Assembly: GCA_963834895.1 (NCBI GenBank)
Contig: CAWIDM010000003.1
Coordinates: 909,569-973,568, forward strand
DNA: 64,000 bases
Reading direction: 5' to 3'
From: Vulcanimicrobiota bacterium
GTDB lineage: Bacteria > Vulcanimicrobiota > Vulcanimicrobiia > Vulcanimicrobiales > Vulcanimicrobiaceae
This document shows, one piece after another, positions 9,905 to 21,600 of this stretch. The notes under the pieces were generated by a model that saw nothing but the letters and a program-made list of their open reading frames with translations, made no database searches and was not told where the DNA came from. Position 1 is the stretch's first letter, and each line of letters starts with the position of its first letter. Both the position numbers and the translations under genes were made by a program.

Positions 9905-11292
9905 CGACCTACCACTTCGTCGGCGTCGGCGGCATCGGCATGAGCGCGATCGCGCGCATTCTGCGCGCGCGCGGCGAGCCGGTCTCGGGTTCGGATCTCA
10001 GCATGACGCCGCTCGTTGAGGAGCTGCGTGCCGAGGGGGTGCGGATCGCGATCGGCCACCACACGCGCAACGTGCGCGGCGCCGATGTCGTCGTCGTCAG
10101 CTCCGCTATCGACCGTCGCAATCCCGAATGCCTCGCGGCCGCGCGTCAGGGAGTTCCGGTACTGCATCGCGGCGAGATGCTCGCGCGGCTTCTTCGCGGA
10201 CGCCGCGGCATCGCGGTTTGCGGAACCCACGGAAAGACAACCACGACCGCGATGACGCATGCCGTCCTGCGTGGGGGCGGAATCGATGCGGGGCTCGTCC
10301 TCGGCGGCATCGATTCCACGCTGGGGAGCAACGCCTACGATGGCACCGCGCCGTGGTTCGTGACGGAGGCTGACGAATCCGACGGCTCCTTCGCTCTGCT
10401 CGAACCCTCGATGGCAGTCGTGACGAACATCGAAAACGACCATCTCACCAGCGACGACGAGCTTCCCGGGCTCGCGCGCGCTTTTGCCGAGTTTCTGGCA
10501 AAGCTTCCCGAGGAGGGCCTTGCCCTCATCGGCATCGACAACGCGCTGGCGGCGTCGCTGACTTCGCACGATCTACGCGCACCGATCGTCACCTTCGGGC
10601 TCGACGCTCGCGCGTGGTTGCACGCGGTGAATTTGGCGTTCGCCGATTCCGGCTGCCAATTCGAAGTGGTCGCGGGCGACCGGAGCGTAGGGCAAATCGA
10701 GCTCCGCGTTCCCGGAGCGATGAACGTGCAGAATGCCCTGGGCGCCATCGCCGTCGGCAACGCGCTCGGTCTGCCGTTCGCTTCGATGGCCGCGGCGTTG
10801 CGCGGCTTCCGGGGGGTACGCCGCCGGTTCGAGGTTTTGCTCTCGAACGACCGCGCGACCGTCGTGGACGATTACGCGCACCACCCCACGGCGGTGCGCG
10901 CGACGATTGCGGCGGCTCGCCAGTGCCATCGTGGCGAAATCGTCGTCGCCTTTCAACCGCATCGCTACACGCGAACCGCCTTTCTGGCGCGCGAGTTTGC
11001 GGAGGCGCTGCGCGGCGCGGATCGCGTCTACCTCGCGCCGGTCTACGCCGCATCGGAGCCGGCAATCCCCGGCGTGAGCGAACGTTCGATCGGCGAAGCG
11101 CTTGCGGCGATCGGCGTAACCGCGAGCTACGTGCGCAGCGTCGACGACCTTGAGAGCCGGCTCCTTGCCGAGCTGCCGCCGGGTGGGATGGTGCTGATGC
11201 TCGGCGCGGGCGACATTACCGACGTGGCAGGCCGGCTGGCGAATCGTCTCTCGGCACCCGTCGCACGGCGTGCTGCTTCGGCGGGCGCGTGA
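9901..11292 (+). CDS. murC: UDP-N-acetylmuramate--L-alanine ligase
   Basis: HFVGVGGIGMSAIA and P-loop CGTHGKTTT. GTG 9901 overlaps the murG stop (GTGA). The track ORF from 9472 carries a non-coding extension. Confidence 0.9.
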   Translation: MTTYHFVGVGGIGMSAIARILRARGEPVSGSDLSMTPLVEELRAEGVRIAIGHHTRNVRGADVVVVSSAIDRRNPECLAAARQGVPVLHRGEMLARLLRGRRGIAVCGTHGKTTTTAMTHAVLRGGGIDAGLVLGGIDSTLGSNAYDGTAPWFVTEADESDGSFALLEPSMAVVTNIENDHLTSDDELPGLARAFAEFLAKLPEEGLALIGIDNALAASLTSHDLRAPIVTFGLDARAWLHAVNLAFADSGCQFEVVAGDRSVGQIELRVPGAMNVQNALGAIAVGNALGLPFASMAAALRGFRGVRRRFEVLLSNDRATVVDDYAHHPTAVRATIAAARQCHRGEIVVAFQPHRYTRTAFLAREFAEALRGADRVYLAPVYAASEPAIPGVSERSIGEALAAIGVTASYVRSVDDLESRLLAELPPGGMVLMLGAGDITDVAGRLANRLSAPVARRAASAGA

Positions 11293-12245
11293 GCGTTACG
11301 ACGGCGCGAGCGTTGCGCACGCTCGTCGATGAATCCGACCGGCAGTCGCTGCGCGCAATCTTCGGCGCCCGCGTCGGCTTCGACGAGTCCCTCGCACGAT
11401 ATACGTCGTGGAAGATCGGCGGTCCGGCGGACGCATTCGTAACCGTGGAGAACGAGACCGAGCTCGCGGAGCTGATGCGTTTCTGCTTGCGGCGGCGGAT
11501 GGCGTGGTGGATCATCGGCTCAGGCAGCAACGTACTCGTCGGCGACGGCGGCATTCGCGGTGTCGTGGTGCGGCTCGCCGGCGAGTTTGCAGGCGCAAAT
11601 GTGAGCATCGAGGACGGACGCGTCGTCGTCGATGCGGGCGGATCGGCCGATATGGCGCTCGTGACGGCGAAGGCGGCTTCGGCGGGTGCGGAGGGGATCG
11701 GCTCGCTCGCGGGCATTCCCGGCACGATCGGCGGATCGTTGCGGATGAACGCCGGGACCGATCGGGAGATCGGCGAGTTCGTTCGTGAGGTGCGCGTGCA
11801 ATCGCCCAGCCGGCCCGAGCCGCATCCCGCGAGCGTTCGATACCTTTACCGGCAGTCGACGCTCGCCCGCGACGTCGTCGTCTCTCGCGTGACGCTCGAG
11901 TTTGCTCACTCGAGCGCACGCGACGTCCGCAGCGAGATGCAGACGCGGCTCGTCAGGCGCAAGAAGACGCAGCCGATCGCGCTGCCCAACGCGGGCTCGT
12001 GCTTCCGCAATCCTCCCGGCGACAAGGCGGCGCGCCTGATCGAGGCCGCCGGCGCTAAGGGATGGCGGGAAGGGCACGCTGAAGTCTCCGCGCTGCACGC
12101 AAACTTCATCAATAACCTTGGCGGAGCGACTGCAAAAGACGTTGCCGCGCTCCTCGCGCGCGTGCGCCGCGCGGTGCGCGATCGCTCGAACGTCGAGCTT
12201 GCGCTCGAAGTGCACTTGGTCGGAGTATTCATCGATGCAACCTAA
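11289..12245 (+). CDS. murB: UDP-N-acetylenolpyruvoylglucosamine reductase
   Basis: FAD-binding region YTSWKIGGPADAF and GSGSNVLV, plus the catalytic region NAGSCFRNP. GTGA overlap with murC. Confidence 0.9.
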   Translation: MSVTTARALRTLVDESDRQSLRAIFGARVGFDESLARYTSWKIGGPADAFVTVENETELAELMRFCLRRRMAWWIIGSGSNVLVGDGGIRGVVVRLAGEFAGANVSIEDGRVVVDAGGSADMALVTAKAASAGAEGIGSLAGIPGTIGGSLRMNAGTDREIGEFVREVRVQSPSRPEPHPASVRYLYRQSTLARDVVVSRVTLEFAHSSARDVRSEMQTRLVRRKKTQPIALPNAGSCFRNPPGDKAARLIEAAGAKGWREGHAEVSALHANFINNLGGATAKDVAALLARVRRAVRDRSNVELALEVHLVGVFIDAT

Positions 12246-13188
12246 GTCCGGGGCCAAAGACCGAATCGCCGTCGTGATGGGCGGCAACAGCGCCGAGCGC
12301 GAGATCTCGATTCGATCGGGATCGGAGGTCGTGCGCGCGTTGCATTCGCTCGGCTACGAAGCGCAGTCGCTCGATTACGACGAGCGCTTTTTGGACGCGC
12401 TACGCCAGCTCAAGCCCGACCTCGTCTTCATCGCGCTTCACGGACCCGGAGGCGAGGACGGGCACGTACAGGCGCTCCTCGAATATCTCGCAATCCCGTA
12501 TACGGGCAGCGGGCTCGAAGCCGCCGCGCTCTCGATGGATAAGCATCTCACCAAGAAGCTGCTCGCGGCCGAAGGCTTACCGACGCCGGTTTGGGATCTC
12601 TTCGATCTCACGGGCGGCACTTTGCCGCTGCTCCCGGGATCGCTCGATCTTCCGCTGGTGATCAAGCCGCGGTTTCAGGGATCGGCGGTCGGCGTCGCGA
12701 TCGTGCACACGCACGAAGAGTGGACGAGCGCGATGCTGGGGGCATCGAAGACCTACGCGCAAATCCTCGCCGAAGAATACCTCGAGGGACGAGAGTTCAC
12801 GTGCGCGGTGCTCGGCGAAGAGGCGTTGCCGATCGTGGAGATCGTTGCAAATCGCGATGGTTTCTATAGTTACGGCGCCAAGTACGAGCCCGGCGGCAGC
12901 ACGCACGTCGTCCCCGCGCCGATCGACGAAGATCTGGCGGCTCGCTTGCAGATGCTGGCCCTCTCGGCCCACCGCCTGCTGGGCCTTCGCGACTATTCGC
13001 GCAGCGACTTCATCGTCAGGCCGGATCAGCGCCCGTATCTCTTGGAGATCAATTCGCTCCCTGGGCTGACGCCGGTGAGCCTCTTTCCGGACGCGTGCGC
13101 CGCCGTCGGAATCTCGTTCGAAGCGTTGATCGACCGGCTCGTCGGCTACGCGCGCGCTCGCGCCGATCTGCGCGATGCGGTCGCCTGA
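12235..13188 (+). CDS. ddl: D-alanine--D-alanine ligase
   Basis: ATP-grasp protein with VVMGGNSAEREISIRSG, HGPGGEDG and EINSLPGLT. ATG 12235 overlaps the murB end by 11 nt. Confidence 0.9.
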   Translation: MQPKSGAKDRIAVVMGGNSAEREISIRSGSEVVRALHSLGYEAQSLDYDERFLDALRQLKPDLVFIALHGPGGEDGHVQALLEYLAIPYTGSGLEAAALSMDKHLTKKLLAAEGLPTPVWDLFDLTGGTLPLLPGSLDLPLVIKPRFQGSAVGVAIVHTHEEWTSAMLGASKTYAQILAEEYLEGREFTCAVLGEEALPIVEIVANRDGFYSYGAKYEPGGSTHVVPAPIDEDLAARLQMLALSAHRLLGLRDYSRSDFIVRPDQRPYLLEINSLPGLTPVSLFPDACAAVGISFEALIDRLVGYARARADLRDAVA

Positions 13189-13203
13189 TTCTTTCTGCGA
13201 AAG

Positions 13204-13632
13204 CTACTTCGAGAACATCTCCGCGTCGTCGGTGGCCAAATGGTCGAGTCGGGATGTTTGCGGTGGTAGATCTCGCGCACTCGGATAGCGACGCAAGAAT
13301 TCCGGATCGTTCAAGCGCTCGCCGACGGTCCGCCCTTCCAGCTTTGCGTTGATCTCGGAAAAGCGTTCCGGATTGCTGTGCTCGCGAATCCAGGTTGCGA
13401 TCTCGGCGTCGGATTTCGCCTCTGCGATGACCTTGCGCAGGACGGCTTCCGAGATTCCAAGCGCGTTGAGCAGGCTCGAGCTGAAGCCGGTGATTTGATA
13501 CTCCCCGAGGTTACCGCCCGGAAGCGTAGCGCGCAGTTTGTCGACCGTCCTGGCCGCCATCAGGAGACTCAAGCCGGGCAAAAGTTCCCGCGGAGTGCGC
13601 GGCGGCCGCTTCGTAAGGTCCAAAGGCTCCAT
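13204..13632 (-). CDS. DUF5069-family protein
   Basis: 142 aa. The pattern KRPPRTPRELLPGLSLLMAARTVDKLRATLPGGNLGEY resembles DUF5069 proteins. It is convergent with ddl. Confidence 0.6.
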   Translation of the reverse strand: MEPLDLTKRPPRTPRELLPGLSLLMAARTVDKLRATLPGGNLGEYQITGFSSSLLNALGISEAVLRKVIAEAKSDAEIATWIREHSNPERFSEINAKLEGRTVGERLNDPEFLRRYPSARDLPPQTSRLDHLATDDAEMFSK

Positions 13633-13810
13633 GTTCTCGCTTTCGACAAAGGTCGAGCCAATTCAACCAAAGCAACGAGCCATTTCAACCAGGCGCCCTT
13701 CGGACTTCTTCAGAGGTTCCCCAACATACAGGCCGACTGCTAAACGAGTCGAAGCTTTGCGCCGGGGAAAACCCACTGGGTTGTAAACTCACCGTCTATG
13801 GAGGAAATCC

Positions 13811-14977
13811 TTGCCAACCGTTGTCGATCGTGGCCTCGAAGGCGTCGTCGTCGGGTCCACCGAGCTCAGTAATGTCGAGGGGGCGATCGGGCGCCTCACG
13901 TATCGCGGGTACGACATCGACGATCTCGCGCCGAACGCGACGTTCGAAGAGATCGTTCACCTCTTGCTCTACGGTCATCTCCCGAACCACGATCAGCTCG
14001 AAGCCCTCAAGCGCGAGCTCGGCGCAAGCCGCGCGCTTCCGGAACCGCTCGTCAACGCGATGCAGAACGTTCCCAAGACGGCGTGGCCGATGGACGTGCT
14101 GCGGACGGTCGTCAGCGGCCTCGGACTCTTCTCGCCGGTCGATGCGCAGGGCGAGCACGTCTCCGACGTGCACACCGCGATCGAGCTGATCGCAAAGGTT
14201 CCGACCATCGTCGCTGCGTGGGATCGCATTCGGCGGGAACTCGAACCGGTCGCGCCGCGGTCTGATCTCTCGCAGGCCGGCAACTTCCTGTACATGCGGA
14301 CCGGTAAGGTTCCGCACGCGATCGAAGAGGACGCGCTCGACACGTACTTCGTGCTCCTCGCCGATCACTCGTTCAACGCATCGACGTTTGCGGCGCGCGT
14401 CGTCGCGTCGACGCGCGCCGACATTTACGCTTCGGTCACTGCGGCGCTCGCGACGCTCCAGGGCGATCTCCATGGCGGAGCTGCCAGCGCGGCCTATCGA
14501 ACGCTGACCGAAGTGAAGTCACCTGAGAATGCTGAGCCGTACGTTCGCGGCATCCTCGAGCGCGGAAAGCGAATCATGGGCATGGGTCATCGCGAGTACA
14601 AAGTCCGCGATCCGCGCGCGCGCCATCTCGACGCGATGGCGAAGGAGCTCGCGGGACACGTCGGCGGGGATCGCTGGTACGAAACCGCGCATGCGATCGA
14701 AGCGGCGAGCCGCAAGGTTCTTCAAGAGAAGAAACCGGGCAATACGATCTACGCGAACGTCGACTTCTATACCGCGCCGGTGCTCGCCGATCTGGGCATC
14801 CCCGGCGATGAGTTCACCTGCCTCTTCGCGTGCGGGCGGATCGCCGGCTGGACGGCTCATATCCTCGAGCAACTCGCCGACAACCGGCTCATTCGGCCGC
14901 AAGCGACCTACGACGGACCGGCTCCGGGGCCGTACGTTCCGATCGAACAACGTTCCACAAACGGCGCGCGAGGATAG
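13811..14977 (+). CDS. gltA: Citrate synthase (short, roughly 380-aa type)
   Basis: Motifs GYDIDDLA, GHREYKVRDPRA and NVDFYTA. TTG start at 13811 lies 6 nt after GGAGG (13800-13804). Confidence 0.85.
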   Translation: MPTVVDRGLEGVVVGSTELSNVEGAIGRLTYRGYDIDDLAPNATFEEIVHLLLYGHLPNHDQLEALKRELGASRALPEPLVNAMQNVPKTAWPMDVLRTVVSGLGLFSPVDAQGEHVSDVHTAIELIAKVPTIVAAWDRIRRELEPVAPRSDLSQAGNFLYMRTGKVPHAIEEDALDTYFVLLADHSFNASTFAARVVASTRADIYASVTAALATLQGDLHGGAASAAYRTLTEVKSPENAEPYVRGILERGKRIMGMGHREYKVRDPRARHLDAMAKELAGHVGGDRWYETAHAIEAASRKVLQEKKPGNTIYANVDFYTAPVLADLGIPGDEFTCLFACGRIAGWTAHILEQLADNRLIRPQATYDGPAPGPYVPIEQRSTNGARG

Positions 14978-14985
14978 CGCGTAGC

Positions 14986-15705
14986 GTGTTGGTCGTGCCC
15001 GCGATCGACCTTCGCAGCGGCAAATGCGTCCGTATGCGACAAGGCGATCCGACGACCGAGGTAGAGTACGGCGGCGATCCGGTGGAACGCGCAAAGGCCT
15101 TCGTCGATGCGGGTGCTCAGCGATTACACGTGATCGATCTGGATGCGGCCTTCGGATCCGGCGAGAATCTCGCCGCGGTCGCGCGCATCTGCGAGGCGGT
15201 CGGCGTTCCGGTACAGACCGGCGGCGGCGTGCGTGCCGTCAAGCACGCCGAAGACGCGTTCGCGGCCGGAGCCTCGGAGATAATTCTCGGCACGCTCATC
15301 GTCGAGGACGAGCGGCTCTCCCGGAACATCATCAACCGCTTCGCCGGTAAGATTATCGCCGCCATCGACGCGCGTGGCTCGCAGGTCGCGATTCACGGCT
15401 GGCAAGAGCGCACTCCGGTCGATCGCGATGCGCTCGTTCGCCGCGTCGCGCAGTGGGGCGTCTCGCGCATCATCTTTACGGAGATTCGGCGCGACGGCAT
15501 GGGCGAGGGGTACGACATCGAGGCGCTCAACGCGGTGGCAAATGCCGCCGAAGTCAAGGTCACGGCGAGCGGCGGCGCGCGCAATCTCGACGATCTGCGC
15601 GAGCTCAAGCGCTCGGTTCCTGTCACGGTCGATTCGTGCATCGTCGGCAGCGCGCTCTACAACGGCACGATCGACCTCAAAGAGGCCATCGCCGCCGTCG
15701 CTTAA
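14986..15705 (+). CDS. hisA: ProFAR isomerase (HisA family; could be HisA/PriA type)
   Basis: VVPAIDLRSGKCVRMRQGD at the N-terminus, with GGGVR and IVGSALY in a TIM-barrel pattern. GTG 14986. No other his genes are nearby. Confidence 0.8.
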   Translation: MLVVPAIDLRSGKCVRMRQGDPTTEVEYGGDPVERAKAFVDAGAQRLHVIDLDAAFGSGENLAAVARICEAVGVPVQTGGGVRAVKHAEDAFAAGASEIILGTLIVEDERLSRNIINRFAGKIIAAIDARGSQVAIHGWQERTPVDRDALVRRVAQWGVSRIIFTEIRRDGMGEGYDIEALNAVANAAEVKVTASGGARNLDDLRELKRSVPVTVDSCIVGSALYNGTIDLKEAIAAVA

Positions 15706-16847
15706 CTCGCGGCGTCCTCGTCGACGTATTCGCGGCGCAGCTCGCTCGGAAGACGCGTCACGATCTCGTAGTTGATCGTCTCAGTCCAGACGGCCCAGTC
15801 GTCGGCAGAAATCGTTGCGTCGCCGTCCGTGCCGACGAGCGTGACGGGCGAAGCGACGCGCGCATTCGGCGCGGGGGTGAGATCGATTTCCGTCATGTTC
15901 ATCGCGACGCGTCCGACGATCGGACAGAGCGCGCCGTCCACGAGGAAGGCGCCGCGGTTGGAGAGAGCGCGTGGCACGCCGTCGGCGTAGCCGGCCGGAA
16001 CGACGCCGATGCGCATGTCGCGCGGCGCGTGGAAGCTTCCACCGTAGCCGACGGAGGCACCCGCCGAGATGGCGCGCGTCACGACGATCTGCGAATGGTA
16101 GGAGAGCGCGGGCCGCAGATCGAGCGGCCTTTCCCCCATCGCTTCGCGGGTCTGCGGCGACGGCATCAGCCCGTAGAGCGCGATGCCGAAGCGCGCCATA
16201 TCGAGGCGAGTCTGCGGCCAGAGGATCGCCGCCGCCGATGCGGCGATGTGGCGGAGCGGATCGAGACCGCTCCGGTCAAGCAGCGGCTTCGCCTGCGCGA
16301 GGGCGCGCTCGAAGGCCGCGAGCTGATGCATCGTGTACGGCGAGTCGAGCTCTTCGGCGGAGGCCAGGTGCGAGAAGATGCCGGTAAGCGCGACCTCGGG
16401 CAGGCGCAGCAACTCTTCGAGCGCGTCGACCAGCTCGTGCGGCTCGAAGCCGAGGCGGTTCAGATCGGTATTGATCTTGACGTGCACCGCGGCGGTTCTC
16501 CCGCGTTTACGCGCCGAGGCGCGGAGACGCCGGACGAACGCTCCGGTCGTCCAGATGGCGAGCTCGACGCCGGCGGCGAGCGCGTCGTCGAGCGCCTCGG
16601 GCGGGGTCGGTCCTAAAACCAGAATGGGGCCTGCGATGCCGCCGGAGCGCAGCGCCAGGGCCTCGTCGATGGTGTAGACGCAGAGGCGCGCCGCGAGCGG
16701 TTCGACCGCCCGCGCCACCGGAAGAAGCCCGTGACCGTAGCCGTTTCCCTTGACGACGAAGGCCGCCCGGCTCGGCCCCACGAGATCACAAAGCAAGCGA
16801 GCATTGTGCCGCAGGTTGCTTAGCGAGATTCGCAGGCCGCCGATCAC
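15702..16847 (-). CDS. alr: Alanine racemase
   Basis: 381 aa with the PLP-lysine motif FVVKGNGYGHG and a C-terminal beta domain carrying GYADG. Confidence 0.85.
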   Translation of the reverse strand: MIGGLRISLSNLRHNARLLCDLVGPSRAAFVVKGNGYGHGLLPVARAVEPLAARLCVYTIDEALALRSGGIAGPILVLGPTPPEALDDALAAGVELAIWTTGAFVRRLRASARKRGRTAAVHVKINTDLNRLGFEPHELVDALEELLRLPEVALTGIFSHLASAEELDSPYTMHQLAAFERALAQAKPLLDRSGLDPLRHIAASAAAILWPQTRLDMARFGIALYGLMPSPQTREAMGERPLDLRPALSYHSQIVVTRAISAGASVGYGGSFHAPRDMRIGVVPAGYADGVPRALSNRGAFLVDGALCPIVGRVAMNMTEIDLTPAPNARVASPVTLVGTDGDATISADDWAVWTETINYEIVTRLPSELRREYVDEDAAS

Positions 16848-16868
16848 AGGCGAGCCTTTCGCGCGGGG

Positions 16869-16897
16869 TTGCAGCCGCGCCTCGACTCTGCTAGTAT
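16869..16897 (+). promoter_or_regulatory. Sigma-A-type promoter for groESL (TTGCAG-17-TAGTAT)
   Basis: TTGCAG at 16869-16874, an exact 17-nt spacer, and TAGTAT at 16892-16897. It lies 7 nt upstream of the CIRCE operator, the classical arrangement. Confidence 0.55.
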
Positions 16898-16904
16898 GGC
16901 ACTG

Positions 16905-16931
16905 CTAGCGCTCTTGCGCTGAGAGTGCTAA
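16905..16931 (+). promoter_or_regulatory. CIRCE operator (HrcA binding site)
   Basis: CTAGCGCTC-N9-GAGTGCTAA compared with consensus TTAGCACTC-N9-GAGTGCTAA. The left arm matches 7/9 and the right arm 9/9. It lies 44 nt upstream of the groES GTG. Confidence 0.85.
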
Positions 16932-16944
16932 TATGTGGGTCTAG

Positions 16945-18960
<2,016 letters not shown>

Positions 18961-18992
18961 CCCTCGCTCGCTGCGTCCTGATGACAAAGCGG

Positions 18993-19020
18993 AAAGGCCC
19001 GGCGTGCGCGCCGGGCCTTT
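18993..19020. terminator. GC-rich hairpin between convergent groEL and a minus-strand ORF (probable bidirectional terminator)
   Basis: AAAGGCCCGGCG (18993-19004), loop TGCG, then CGCCGGGCCTTT (19009-19020). This is a perfect 12-bp stem with T/A tracts on either side. Confidence 0.7.
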
Positions 19021-19023
19021 CGT

Positions 19024-19734
19024 TTATCCGGCCGAGGTCTCCCACAGCTTCGGGCAGAGGAGCGCGTTGACGGGATCGGTCGCGAGCGAGTCGACCATCT
19101 CTTCGGTTACATTGAATTGGATACTGGTGGGCCAGCCGATCCAGGGCGTTGGAAACGGTATCGGAATGCGAACGTAGTGGTACTGATGCGTCGGAGTGCG
19201 CAGCCGCAACGCGAGCTGTTGCGAGCCCCGAACTGCCGAGAGGTCGGGGTAGAGCCACGCATAGTAGGAATCTTGATCGTTTTCAACGACGATCTGTTCG
19301 GGAAGCGGTTGCGGAAGCGGCTTATTGCACGCGATTTGGCTCTTGTCGAAGAGCACAAACGTCGGCTGCACGTAGAGAAACGACTGAGGGGCGGTTCCCG
19401 AGAGCAACACCGGTTTAGGCGGTGGAGCCGCGGGAGCATCGGCTAGCTTCTCAGTGATGCTGCGGTCGTGTCCTGCGATAAAAAAAAGATAGTCCAACGC
19501 GGAGCAACCGTAGTGCGGGGCTTCGACGTCGAGCGAGTAGATGCCGAAGGCGCTGTCGAATTCGACGACGGCCTCGCCTTCGTCGCCGCGCTCGACGCGA
19601 TAGACGCGGTCGACCTGCAGCCGGCCGATGCGATCGGCGAGACGGACGCGCAGCGCGATCGTGGTTTGCGGAGCCGTGCGGGCGATTGCATTGCAAAACC
19701 CGAGGTGGAGAATGACGTGAGCGAGGGGCAGCAT
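19024..19734 (-). CDS. Hypothetical protein (no recognisable family)
   Basis: 236-aa ORF in a locally lower-GC stretch. The composition is aromatic and Pro rich and looks like real protein. The start lies only 14 nt from the divergent korA start, so it is uncertain. Confidence 0.5.
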   Translation of the reverse strand: MLPLAHVILHLGFCNAIARTAPQTTIALRVRLADRIGRLQVDRVYRVERGDEGEAVVEFDSAFGIYSLDVEAPHYGCSALDYLFFIAGHDRSITEKLADAPAAPPPKPVLLSGTAPQSFLYVQPTFVLFDKSQIACNKPLPQPLPEQIVVENDQDSYYAWLYPDLSAVRGSQQLALRLRTPTHQYHYVRIPIPFPTPWIGWPTSIQFNVTEEMVDSLATDPVNALLCPKLWETSAG

Positions 19735-19748
19735 ACGCCGGAGGTTCG

Positions 19749-21596
19749 ATGTCCCAGAAGGCGAATACCCTCTCTTCCATGCCGGCGCGCGTCGTCAACG
19801 ATTTCACTATACGCGTGGCCACGGTCAACGGCTCGGGTAGCCAATCCTCGAACCTCGTCCTGACCAACGCCATCGCGCGTTTGGGCATTCCGGTCGCCCC
19901 GAAGAACGTCTTTCCGTCGAACATCGAAGGCTTGCCGACGTGGTTCGACGTCCGCGTGAGCTCGCGCGGGTACCAATGCCGCACGCGCGAGGTCGACGTC
20001 CTGCTCGCGCTCAACGCCGCCACGTGGGCGCTCGACGTCGCCGGCGTGAAAGTGGGCGGCGCGGTCGTGCACGAGGCGGCTTACCCGCTCAATGCGCAGA
20101 CGCAGCGCGAAGACTTGACGTATTACGCGGTGCCGTTTGGGGCGCTCGCAAAGGAACACTTTGCCGATAAAGGCGATTTGCGGAAGTATCTCACGAATAT
20201 GATTTACGTCGGGGTGCTCGCGCAGGTACTCGGTATTCCCGCGGAAACCGTCGAAGAGGGCCTTCGCGCGCAGTTCAGCACCAAGCCCAAGGCCGTCGAG
20301 CTGAACATGAAGGCCGTTCGCATCGGCTTCGATTACGCAGCGGAGCATCTCCAAAAGCAAGATCCGTACCGGCTCGAGCCGATGAAAGGCGCGGACGGGC
20401 TGCTCTTCATGGAGGGCAACCGCGCCGCGGCGCTGGGATGCGTGATGGGCGGCTGCACGGTCGCGGCTTGGTACCCGATCACGCCGTCCTCATCGCTCTG
20501 CGAATATTTAATTTCGTACTGCGACCGGTATCGCGTCGATCCGCAGACCGGCGAGCGCAACGTTGCGATCGTACAGGCTGAAGACGAGCTCGCTGCGGCC
20601 GGCATCGTCTTCGGCGCTGGTTGGGCCGGGGCGCGAGCGATGACGTCGACGTCGGGGCCGGGCATCTCGTTGATGGCCGAATATGCGGGTTACGGATATT
20701 TCGCGGAAGTACCCGGTGTGATCTTCGACGTGCAGCGTGCAGGGCCATCGACCGGTCTGCCGACGCGAACGATGCAGGGCGACGTGGCGTTTGCGTACAC
20801 GCTCTCCCACGGCGATACCAAACATCTCGTGCTGCTGCCGGCGACGGTGCGCGAGGCCTACGAGTTTGCGATGGAGGCCTTCAATCTCGCCGACCGTTTC
20901 CAAACGCCGGTCTTCGTCTTGAGCGATCTCGATCTCGGCATGAACTCGTGGCTGACGCCGCCGCTGCCCTATCCCGAGAAACCCTTCGACCGCGGAAAAG
21001 TGCTCGGCGCCGACGACCTCAACTCGATGAAGTCGTGGGGACGCTATCGCGACGTCGACAAGGACGGCATCGCTTATCGCACGCTTCCGGGAACGAAACA
21101 TCCTGGTGCGGGATTCTTCACCCGCGGCACTGGTCACGACGAAGAGGCGCGCTACTCCGAGATGCCGGAAGTCTGGCAGCGCAATCTCGACCGCCTGAGC
21201 CGCAAACACGAAACCGCGCGCACCGTTGTGCCGGCGCCCGCAGTCGAAGAGAAAGGGCGCAAGCTCGCGATCCTTGCGTACGGCACGACGCACCACGCCG
21301 TCGTCGAGGCGCTCGACCGGCTGCGAGAATCGGGTATCGAGGCCGACTATATGCGCGTGCGGGCGCTCCCGCTCTCGCCCGAAGTCGCCACCTTCGTTAA
21401 GCGCCACGAGCGCGTCTACGTCGTCGAGCAGAACCGCGATGGGCAGCTCTACGGCATCCTCCGCGCGGAGCTGCCGACCTATCTCATCGGGCGGCTCGAG
21501 TCGATACGGCACTACAACGGCGTGCCGATCGACGCTCACGCGATCATCGATCCCTTGCTCGAGGCCGAGCGCGAGCCGGCCGTCGTTGCGGAATAA
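19749..21596 (+). CDS. korA: 2-oxoacid:ferredoxin oxidoreductase, alpha subunit (fused gamma-alpha, KorA type)
   Basis: 615 aa. The N-terminal gamma-like region is VATVNGSGSQSSNLVL, followed by the alpha domain (AAWYPITPSS). GGAGG lies 4 nt upstream of the ATG. Confidence 0.85.
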   Translation: MSQKANTLSSMPARVVNDFTIRVATVNGSGSQSSNLVLTNAIARLGIPVAPKNVFPSNIEGLPTWFDVRVSSRGYQCRTREVDVLLALNAATWALDVAGVKVGGAVVHEAAYPLNAQTQREDLTYYAVPFGALAKEHFADKGDLRKYLTNMIYVGVLAQVLGIPAETVEEGLRAQFSTKPKAVELNMKAVRIGFDYAAEHLQKQDPYRLEPMKGADGLLFMEGNRAAALGCVMGGCTVAAWYPITPSSSLCEYLISYCDRYRVDPQTGERNVAIVQAEDELAAAGIVFGAGWAGARAMTSTSGPGISLMAEYAGYGYFAEVPGVIFDVQRAGPSTGLPTRTMQGDVAFAYTLSHGDTKHLVLLPATVREAYEFAMEAFNLADRFQTPVFVLSDLDLGMNSWLTPPLPYPEKPFDRGKVLGADDLNSMKSWGRYRDVDKDGIAYRTLPGTKHPGAGFFTRGTGHDEEARYSEMPEVWQRNLDRLSRKHETARTVVPAPAVEEKGRKLAILAYGTTHHAVVEALDRLRESGIEADYMRVRALPLSPEVATFVKRHERVYVVEQNRDGQLYGILRAELPTYLIGRLESIRHYNGVPIDAHAIIDPLLEAEREPAVVAE

Positions 21597-21600
21597 CACT

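Noticed and set aside
13778-13787. The exact 10-mer GGGTTGTAAA upstream of both citrate synthase (13778-13787) and hsp20 (25777-25786).
   Set aside because: The distances to the two start codons differ (23 versus 5 nt). There are only two occurrences and the observation is post hoc, so I cannot distinguish it from chance.
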